A stretch of DNA of 64,000 nt from Patescibacteria group bacterium (lineage in GTDB: Bacteria; Patescibacteriota; Minisyncoccia; Minisyncoccales; JANBVM01): contig JANBVL010000002.1 of assembly GCA_024238995.1 (NCBI GenBank), positions 14,414 to 78,413 on the forward strand, given 5' to 3'. The notes beneath the pieces were generated by a model. That model saw nothing but the letters and a program-made list of their open reading frames with translations. It had not been told where the DNA came from and did no database searches. Within the stretch, counting starts at the first letter, position 1. Each line of letters opens with the position of its first letter. The translations under genes were made by a program, and so were the position numbers. Positions 57,094 through 64,000 of this stretch are shown here, piece after piece.

Positions 57094-57286
57094 AGAAATA
57101 TATTTAAATTAGATTAAGTCCCTATTAAGCTCTGGATATGAGCTTTAAAACGACCTTTAGTTAACTATTCATAAAATGAACTTATCCACAACCTTATTTT
57201 ACCTTAAATTAAGCGTAAATTATAGTCAAGCCCCTTTAATTCCTATTTCTGTTTATAAATTTCTTTAATTTTTCTCTTCTTCCATA

Positions 57287-57841
57287 CTATAGACCCAAAT
57301 CGTCTGATATTTTTTGCATTGAGCTTAAAGTAATAGCTACAAACTCTTCTAAACTTAAATTAAGATATTCTCCACATTTTTTAATAATTTCTCTGTTAGC
57401 TCCTTTAGCAAAAGCTTTTTCCTTAAAGCGCTTCAAAATACTCTCTGCCTCCAAGTCATTAATCTTTTTTGAAGGCAAAACTAAAGTGGCAGCAACAACT
57501 AAACCCGTCAAGGGATCAACACAGAATAAAGCTTTAGCCATTAAGCTTTCTGGTTTAATGCCATGGAATTCATTATGGGTTAAAACAGCATTATAGATCT
57601 CTTTATCAAAGCCTAGTTCTTTTAACATGTCAGCTCCTTGCTTTGAATGAATCTTTTCATTGCCAGCAGTTTTCTCATAATCAATGTCGTGCACCAATCC
57701 ACAAATCCCCCATTCTTCAGCATCTTCATTGAATTTTTGAGCTAAACTTCTCATAACAGCTTCTACTGCTAAACAATGTTTGATTAGATTATTGTTTTTT
57801 AAATTCTCTTTTAATAAACTTAGTGCCTGGTCTCTTGTCAT
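57287..57841 (-). CDS. HD/HDIG-domain hydrolase
   Basis: KHCLAVEAVM, LVHDIDYE, KAFAKGANR. Confidence 0.85.
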   Translation of the reverse strand: MTRDQALSLLKENLKNNNLIKHCLAVEAVMRSLAQKFNEDAEEWGICGLVHDIDYEKTAGNEKIHSKQGADMLKELGFDKEIYNAVLTHNEFHGIKPESLMAKALFCVDPLTGLVVAATLVLPSKKINDLEAESILKRFKEKAFAKGANREIIKKCGEYLNLSLEEFVAITLSSMQKISDDLGL

Positions 57842-57919
57842 AGTTATAGTGGGTTAAATGATTTGAATATTATAACAAATTTATTTAATATGACATATAT
57901 AGCAATATAATTAATATAT

Positions 57920-58855
57920 ATGGAAGAAAACAAAACAATATATATCACTGGACATAAACAACCAGACACTGATAGTATTTGCGCGTCTGTTGCTTATTCT
58001 AATTATTTAAAACAAAAAGGCAGAAATACTGTTGCAGTTAGAACTGGCGATATTAATCCTGAAACAAAATATGTTTTAGATTATTTTGAGGTTAACGCTC
58101 CAGAACTTTTAACTGATGTAATTGGGAAAAAGATAATTCTTCTTGACCATAATGAAAAAATCCAAAGCCCTGACAATATAGATAAAGCTAAAGTTATAGA
58201 AGTGATTGACCATCATAAAATTGATTTTAAATCTACAAACCCAATTTATTTTCACAATGAACCAATTGGCTCTACTTCAACAATAATCGCTAAAAAATAC
58301 TTTAATGATAAAGAGGTTAATTTAGATAAAAAAACAGCTGGCTTGCTGCTTTCAGGAGTGCTTTCTGACACTGTAATATTTAAATCCCCAACTTCAACAG
58401 ATGAAGATAAAGAAATTGCAGAGAAATTAGCTGGAATTGCTGGAATTAAAAATATCCAAGATTTTGGAATTAAAATGAAAAAATCAAAGGCAAGTTTAAA
58501 AGGATTAACGACTGAGCAAATCATATCATCTGATTTTAAAATATATGAATTTGGAAAAATTAAAATAGGAGGAGGCCAGGTTGAAGTGACCGAATTAGAT
58601 GAAGTCAATGAAAAAAAGCAAGAACTTCTTGAAAAATTAAAAGAATTAGCACAAAAAGAAAATTATGATCTGATAATGCTGCTTGCAACAAACATTATTA
58701 AACAGGATTCATTACTTTTATTCTGGGAAAAAGAAAATTATATTGAAAAAGCTTTTAATAAAAAACCTGAGAATAATACCTTATATCTTGAAGGTGTAAT
58801 GTCTCGGAAAAAACAAATAATTCCTCCTTTAGCAAAGCTATTTTCAGGGAATTAA
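57920..58855 (+). CDS. ppaC: Mn-dependent inorganic pyrophosphatase (family II)
   Basis: GHKQPDTDS, LLDHNE, IDHH, SDT, MSRKKQ motifs. Confidence 0.95.
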   Translation: MEENKTIYITGHKQPDTDSICASVAYSNYLKQKGRNTVAVRTGDINPETKYVLDYFEVNAPELLTDVIGKKIILLDHNEKIQSPDNIDKAKVIEVIDHHKIDFKSTNPIYFHNEPIGSTSTIIAKKYFNDKEVNLDKKTAGLLLSGVLSDTVIFKSPTSTDEDKEIAEKLAGIAGIKNIQDFGIKMKKSKASLKGLTTEQIISSDFKIYEFGKIKIGGGQVEVTELDEVNEKKQELLEKLKELAQKENYDLIMLLATNIIKQDSLLLFWEKENYIEKAFNKKPENNTLYLEGVMSRKKQIIPPLAKLFSGN

Positions 58856-58886
58856 TGGTAATAAGGAATAAACCTGTTAAGTTTAA

Positions 58887-61454
58887 TTACCCACTTTTTA
58901 GTCGCAAAGAATTAAGAATTACTGAAATAGAGGAAAAAGCCATGGCAGCAGCAGCAAAAATAGGATTAAGCAGGATTCCAAAAAAAGGATATAAAACTCC
59001 AGCTGCTACTGGCACAAGGCTGCTGTTGTAAAAAAATGCCCAAAAAAGATTTTGCTTAACAATTTTCATTATTCGGCGAGAAAACCTTATTATTTCAGGT
59101 ATTAACATTAAATCTCCTCTCATTAAAGTAATATTAGCTGATTCCATTGCCACATCTGTTCCTTCACCCATAGCAATTCCCAAATCAGATTGAGCTAAAG
59201 CTGGAGCATCATTAATGCCATCACCCACCATAGCTACTTTTTTCCCTTGTTTTTGAAGTTCTTGAATTTTAGCCACTTTATTTTGAGGCAGCACTTGAGC
59301 CATTATATTTTCTATGCCAACTTGTCTGGCAATAGCTCTTGCAGTTTTCTGGTTGTCACCAGTAATCATCCATATTTCAAGACCTGACTTTTTCAGGATT
59401 TCTATGGTTTTCTTTGATTCCTTTTTTAAAATATCAGCAACAGCAATCAAGCCAACAGCTTCCCATTGCTGTTGAGCTTTTCGGGCTAAAATCATCACTG
59501 TTTTTCCTTCGCTTTCTAATTTTTCCATTGTTTGTTCTGTGTTTGAAATATTTATCTGCAAAAATTTCATTAATTCTCGATTGCCTAAAGCTACGCTAAC
59601 TTTTTTATTCTCAATTTCAAGATTCCCTTTTATCCCCTTGCCAGGAACTGCTTGAAAATCAGAAACTGCAAATAAGTCGAGGTTCCCAGAAATCGCCTCT
59701 TGTTGTATAGCTGTATCTAAAGAATGACTTGATCTCTGGCCCAAACTAGCGGCTTTTTGAATTATTGCTCGCCCTAAAACATGCTCTGATCTTTGTTCAA
59801 TGCTGGCAGCTATTTTTAAAACTTTATTTTCCAAAGCCTGAAGCTCTACAATATCTGTAACAACTGGCCTTCCTTGAGTTAAAGTTCCAGTTTTATCTAA
59901 AACAATAGTATCAATTTTATGAGCAATTTCTAAAGATGCTGCATCTCTTACTAAAATACCTTTTTCAGCAGACTTACCCATTCCAACCATCATTGCCATT
60001 GGTGTAGCCAAACCTAAAGCGCAAGGGCAAGCAATAATTAAAACTGCTACAAAATTAACTAAAGCAAAAGTAAAGGCTGGATCAGGCCCCCAAATCATCC
60101 AGACAGTAAAGGTCAAAATAGCAATGAAAATTATGACTGGCACAAAATAACTTGAAATTACATCAGCCAAACGTTGAATAGGGGCTTTTGATCCTTGAGC
60201 CTGTTCAACCATTTTAATAATCTGAGCCAACATTGTCTCTTCGCCTATTTTTATTGCTTTAAATTTAAAAGAGCCTGTTTGATTAATTGTTGCTCCAATA
60301 ACTCTATCACCTGCTTTCTTAGAAACGGGCATGCTTTCACCAGTAACCATTGACTCATCAACTCCAGAAAAACCATCAATAATCTCTCCGTCAACTGGAA
60401 TCTTTTCTCCTGGCCTAATAATAATGATCTCACCAATCTTAACCTCTTCAATAGGAATTTCTTTAACTTCGCCATCTCTTTCAACTCGGGCGATTTTCGG
60501 AGACAGCTTCATTAATTTTTTAATGGCTTCTGAAGCCCTGCCTTTTGCTAAAAGCTCCAAATATCTTCCGAATAAAATCAAGGTAATAATAATGGCTGCT
60601 GTATCAAAATAAACCTTAGGGACAATCCCTCCTATTTCAAAAAATTGAGGAAAAACAGTAACAGCTGCGCTATAACTAAAAGCAGCTAAAGTGCCAATAG
60701 CAATTAGAGTATTCATATCAGCTGTTCTGTATTTGAAAAGAAGTTTTAATCCAGCATAAAATCTTGAGCCAACCCAGAATTGAACCGGTATGGCTAAAAT
60801 CAAAAGCAGCCAATAATTTGATAAACTTTCTACTAAAATTTTTGGCAAAAACGAAAGCCATTCAGGAAAGCTTCCAAAAAAAATAATAAAAGACAAAAAT
60901 CCTCCCACTAAGAACTTTTTTTTAAGTAAAGAAAGTTCTTTTTCTCTTTCTTGTTTTTCTTTTTCTAAAACATCTCGGGTTTCTGAAGTTTCCCTAACTG
61001 CTTCATATCCTACGTCATCAATCACTTTTTCAATCTGTTCGTTAGTTACTTTCTTTGAATCAAAAACCACCTTAGCTCGACTATTATTAAAATCAACATC
61101 AATTTTCTCAATGCCAGGCAAAGTTTTTATTGCTTTTTCAACAATCATGGCGCAGTGAGGCGAATCCATGCCAATAACTCTTAAAGCTAAAAATTCCTTA
61201 CCCTCCATATCCTTGGCAGGAGAAAGCTTGTCCATTCTCTTTTCAGAAATCAGTAAACGATAACCTACTTCTTTAACCGCTTTTTCCAAATCTAAAACAC
61301 CAACCTTGTGTTCGTTAAACTCAACTAGCAAAGTTTCAGCTGCAAAATTAATCTGAGCCGAACTTACGCCGAGCAATTTTAAAACTGCCCGTTCAATCGT
61401 TCTGGCGCAAGAAGCGCAATGCATTCCTTTAATTTTAAAAATTTCTTTTTTCAT
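58887..61454 (-). CDS. copA: Copper-translocating P1B-1 ATPase
   Basis: [38 protein letters not shown] and MAFSS motifs. Confidence 0.95.
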   Translation of the reverse strand: MKKEIFKIKGMHCASCARTIERAVLKLLGVSSAQINFAAETLLVEFNEHKVGVLDLEKAVKEVGYRLLISEKRMDKLSPAKDMEGKEFLALRVIGMDSPHCAMIVEKAIKTLPGIEKIDVDFNNSRAKVVFDSKKVTNEQIEKVIDDVGYEAVRETSETRDVLEKEKQEREKELSLLKKKFLVGGFLSFIIFFGSFPEWLSFLPKILVESLSNYWLLLILAIPVQFWVGSRFYAGLKLLFKYRTADMNTLIAIGTLAAFSYSAAVTVFPQFFEIGGIVPKVYFDTAAIIITLILFGRYLELLAKGRASEAIKKLMKLSPKIARVERDGEVKEIPIEEVKIGEIIIIRPGEKIPVDGEIIDGFSGVDESMVTGESMPVSKKAGDRVIGATINQTGSFKFKAIKIGEETMLAQIIKMVEQAQGSKAPIQRLADVISSYFVPVIIFIAILTFTVWMIWGPDPAFTFALVNFVAVLIIACPCALGLATPMAMMVGMGKSAEKGILVRDAASLEIAHKIDTIVLDKTGTLTQGRPVVTDIVELQALENKVLKIAASIEQRSEHVLGRAIIQKAASLGQRSSHSLDTAIQQEAISGNLDLFAVSDFQAVPGKGIKGNLEIENKKVSVALGNRELMKFLQINISNTEQTMEKLESEGKTVMILARKAQQQWEAVGLIAVADILKKESKKTIEILKKSGLEIWMITGDNQKTARAIARQVGIENIMAQVLPQNKVAKIQELQKQGKKVAMVGDGINDAPALAQSDLGIAMGEGTDVAMESANITLMRGDLMLIPEIIRFSRRIMKIVKQNLFWAFFYNSSLVPVAAGVLYPFFGILLNPIFAAAAMAFSSISVILNSLRLKSG

Positions 61455-61476
61455 AATAAATATTTTAAACCTTTTT

Positions 61477-62421
61477 TTATTTTAATTTCCAACTAAATAT
61501 TCTTTTTGAAAAATCTTCTATAGTAAGCTTTATTTCTTTTGTTTGACTATCTAGAGCAGGAAAGAAAAGAATTCCTGAACGATGATGTCCTCCTGACGGC
61601 GAACCTTCCCACTTTAAGGGCTGGAATTTATTACCCTTATCATCTTCAAGTATTGAAATTTCAGTCATATCAAACTCTAAAGAAACGGAATGAGTATTAA
61701 TCTCTACTTCAAAGCTAACAGGATTATCAAAATTAAAATCTAAAGGAGTCACGCTAAAAGAAACTTCGTTCTGATTATTTGTTTGATTTGATAAGGGAAT
61801 TATTTCTAATTGAGATTCTTCACTCTGTATTGTGCTAGAAATATCTGCTTTTAAATTGCCTGATTGATTATTTATCATTAAAAAGGTTATTAAAAATAAG
61901 ACGAAAGATAATCCAATGGCTTTCTTTTTCAATTCACCCATATCAAAAATTAATATTTTTTTGAACAACTCTCCAGCTAAATCATTCTTCTGGATAACTT
62001 CTAACATTATAATAATACCAATAAAATTTGAAAGAATCCCAATAATTATAAACAGCAATTGATATTGAACCAGAAAAACAGCTGCAGCTGTTAACCCCAT
62101 TAAAGGTAAAATATCAGCCAGATGATGTAAACAACAAGCAATCATCGAGCCAGTAGAAATACCGCCTGAGGCAGTTATAGCCACTGTTGAGCTTTTGACT
62201 TGTTTTGAACGAATTCTCTCTTTAATAAAGAAATAAAGTCCTGCTTGCAGACCAAAGCCAGCCACTAAAAGCAAAATCCAATACCACATCTGGCTAAACT
62301 GCGAGACAGCATGGGAAAAAGAATTAGCTAACGAAAGGACAGCAAAATAAAAAGCTAACAAAGCCAAGCTGGCTGTTGTTCCTATAATGATAAATTTTTT
62401 ATTTGTTAAGTTTGAAGTCAT
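61477..62421 (-). CDS. Multi-TM protein with CCxHH motif and soluble C-terminal GGHH domain
   Basis: TM helices, [10 protein letters not shown], then NTHSVSL...[13 protein letters not shown]; directly upstream of copA. Confidence 0.65.
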   Translation of the reverse strand: MTSNLTNKKFIIIGTTASLALLAFYFAVLSLANSFSHAVSQFSQMWYWILLLVAGFGLQAGLYFFIKERIRSKQVKSSTVAITASGGISTGSMIACCLHHLADILPLMGLTAAAVFLVQYQLLFIIIGILSNFIGIIIMLEVIQKNDLAGELFKKILIFDMGELKKKAIGLSFVLFLITFLMINNQSGNLKADISSTIQSEESQLEIIPLSNQTNNQNEVSFSVTPLDFNFDNPVSFEVEINTHSVSLEFDMTEISILEDDKGNKFQPLKWEGSPSGGHHRSGILFFPALDSQTKEIKLTIEDFSKRIFSWKLK

Positions 62422-62524
62422 AATTTAGTTTGAAGAAATTAAATCTCATTCTCTCTTGCAGCAAGGGATCATTAAAAATAAGTGCTTACTACTATATTTA
62501 TTAATATTATAAGTTGATTTGTTA

Positions 62525-63556
62525 TTATAAATTAGCTAAATTTACATATTTTTTCTCTATATATTTAAAAATTGGTTTTGGATTGATAAATTTAGTAAAA
62601 CAAGCCATCCAAAAATTAGGAGCGGCAACAAACATTTTTTGTAATCCTGAAAGAAAAGTATAATATTTTCTGCGGCGCATCACGAATTCTCTGTACTCTT
62701 TTAAGCCTTCCTCTAAAGTCTCTTCTTTGTCTATAATCTTTTGAATAATCTTTCCACACTTTTCACCGAAATAAAATGACTGCCTAATTCCTTCTCCGCT
62801 TAAAGCCATGCACTGCCCAGCCGCATCCCCAACTATGAATATATTTTCAATTGTTGGTTCTCGAAATTTGTTTGGAAAAAAACCACCATGTAAGTCTTTG
62901 GTTATTTTCAAATCAAACTTTTTAAGAAAAGCATCTAATTCCTCCTTAATATTTGTCTCGCCGATATAACTTCCAACACCAAACCTTGAAAATTCATTGC
63001 AAGGAAAAATCCAAGCAACTCCTTTTGGCATCATTTTTGGATTAACCCAGATTTCAATAGCTTTGTTCTTATAAAGAGGCGTGGTCTCTAAACCAAAGCT
63101 TTTCCTCTCGCAGGGAATAAAGTCTTTTTTAATGGAATTTGCTAAAACTGCCTGCCAACCCGTAGCATCAACAATACATTCTGATTGAAAATTACCTTTT
63201 TCTGTCATTACAATAGTACCATCTTCTACACCATAAACTTTAGCTTGAAGAAATTGGACATTGCTTTTTTCATATAGGATCTGACAGAGTTTTTTATAAT
63301 CAAAAGTAGCAAAGGGATGTTTTAAACAATAAGTAATATCTTTTGAACCAATGTGTAAAATCACTGTATCAGTAATCTGAAGTATTGCTTTCTTGCAGTC
63401 TAATTTCTCCAAAATATGATAAAAAGTACAGCAGGTTGACTTTTGTTCACCCCCAATTTCTGCTTTCCTATCAATAAGCAAGATATTGCCTTTTAATTCT
63501 TTAGCTACAGCTAAACCAGCAAAACTAGCTCCAGCAATGATAGCATCGTATTTCAT
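62525..63556 (-). CDS. FAD-dependent oxidoreductase, geranylgeranyl-reductase-like
   Basis: IIAGASFAGL, VDATG, WIFP, VGDAAG...GEGI motifs. Confidence 0.8.
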   Translation of the reverse strand: MKYDAIIAGASFAGLAVAKELKGNILLIDRKAEIGGEQKSTCCTFYHILEKLDCKKAILQITDTVILHIGSKDITYCLKHPFATFDYKKLCQILYEKSNVQFLQAKVYGVEDGTIVMTEKGNFQSECIVDATGWQAVLANSIKKDFIPCERKSFGLETTPLYKNKAIEIWVNPKMMPKGVAWIFPCNEFSRFGVGSYIGETNIKEELDAFLKKFDLKITKDLHGGFFPNKFREPTIENIFIVGDAAGQCMALSGEGIRQSFYFGEKCGKIIQKIIDKEETLEEGLKEYREFVMRRRKYYTFLSGLQKMFVAAPNFWMACFTKFINPKPIFKYIEKKYVNLANL

Positions 63557-63570
63557 TTATTAATGTTGAA

Positions 63571-63744
63571 TTAATGACAACGCCCTCCTCCTCCTGATTT
63601 TGATTGCTCTTTTACCAATTTCTTCCGATATTCTTCTCGGCAATCTTCGGAGCAGAATTTTTTGTTAAATCCTTTAGGATAATACTCCCCTTCTTTTAAT
63701 TGCATTTTGCAGACAGGACATTTTTTCTTGAAAAAATCAAACAT
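63571..63744 (-). CDS. 57-aa TRASH/YHS-type metal-binding protein (not in ORF track)
   Basis: MFDFFKKKCPVCKM...KKFCSEDCREEY...GGGGRCH by hand translation. Confidence 0.78.
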   Translation of the reverse strand: MFDFFKKKCPVCKMQLKEGEYYPKGFNKKFCSEDCREEYRKKLVKEQSKSGGGGRCH

Positions 63745-63748
63745 ATTT

Positions 63749-64000
63749 TTATTCTCCTTTTAATTTTTTAATAAGCTTTTCTTTATCTAGTCCACCGGTT
63801 GAAAATAGTTCTCCATCAATAATAATACCAGGAGATGACATTATTCCATGCTTTTGAACTATTTCTTGGCCCCTAGCGCTTGCTATATCGATTTCTTCCA
63901 CCTCAACATTAGGAAAGTCTGGTATTATTTCGTCAAAAATCTTTTTGGCTGCAGCACAGTTATGACAACCAACCATTGTTAAGAATTGAATTTTATGTGT
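63749..64000 (-). CDS. Thioredoxin/glutaredoxin-like protein, 5'-truncated by the window edge
   Basis: CHNC redox motif, MSSPGIIIDG; frame is open to base 64000. Confidence 0.8.
   Translation of the reverse strand, partial: THKIQFLTMVGCHNCAAAKKIFDEIIPDFPNVEVEEIDIASARGQEIVQKHGIMSSPGIIIDGELFSTGGLDKEKLIKKLKGE

Noticed and set aside
56920-57117. 65-aa plus-strand ORF
   Set aside because: Shadow of the minus-strand zinc-ribbon gene.
57182-57190. Replication origin suggested by a DnaA box (another box-like 9-mer lies near 13774-13782)
   Set aside because: Isolated boxes with no cluster, no dnaA or dnaN nearby and no switch in gene orientation.
1-64000. CRISPR array, transposase, integrase, reverse transcriptase, prophage or alternative genetic code
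   Set aside because: No regularly spaced repeats or such protein motifs seen; conserved genes are full length in the standard code and several end in TGA.

Overview
AT-rich core-genome segment read in the standard code (TGA is used as a stop). It most likely comes from a Patescibacteria/CPR bacterium of the Parcubacteria type; this is inferred from the absence of rpmD in the spc operon, the absence of rplA after rplK, a short PheT and CPR-style hypothetical proteins. Nearly all genes are on the minus strand: the str-S10-spc block, a separated alpha block with rplM-rpsI, pheST-gyrB-secE-nusG-rplK, gatCAB, proS, alaS, two mreB genes, nucleotide-metabolism genes, three tRNAs, a probable 6S RNA and a copper-efflux cluster at the right edge. 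No transposase, integrase or CRISPR array was seen. The best candidate for an undescribed system is a stand-alone transcription unit of about 700 nt (13781-14514). Its 5' leader folds into four tightly abutting helices with two GNRA tetraloops and a pseudoknot, and one strand can pair with three repeated sites: in the leader, next to the start codon and in the 3' UTR of an orphan secreted-protein ORF. Other highlights are an EF-Tu with the P-loop Asp replaced by Ala, an S12 with PHSG in place of PNSA, a very atypical initiator tRNA, an RpoA without an alpha-CTD, a MiaB-MiaA fusion, a tRNA 3' fragment fused to the alaS stop codon, and several unannotated Cys-rich microproteins. All calls come from reading the sequence by eye; no searches or folding programs were run.
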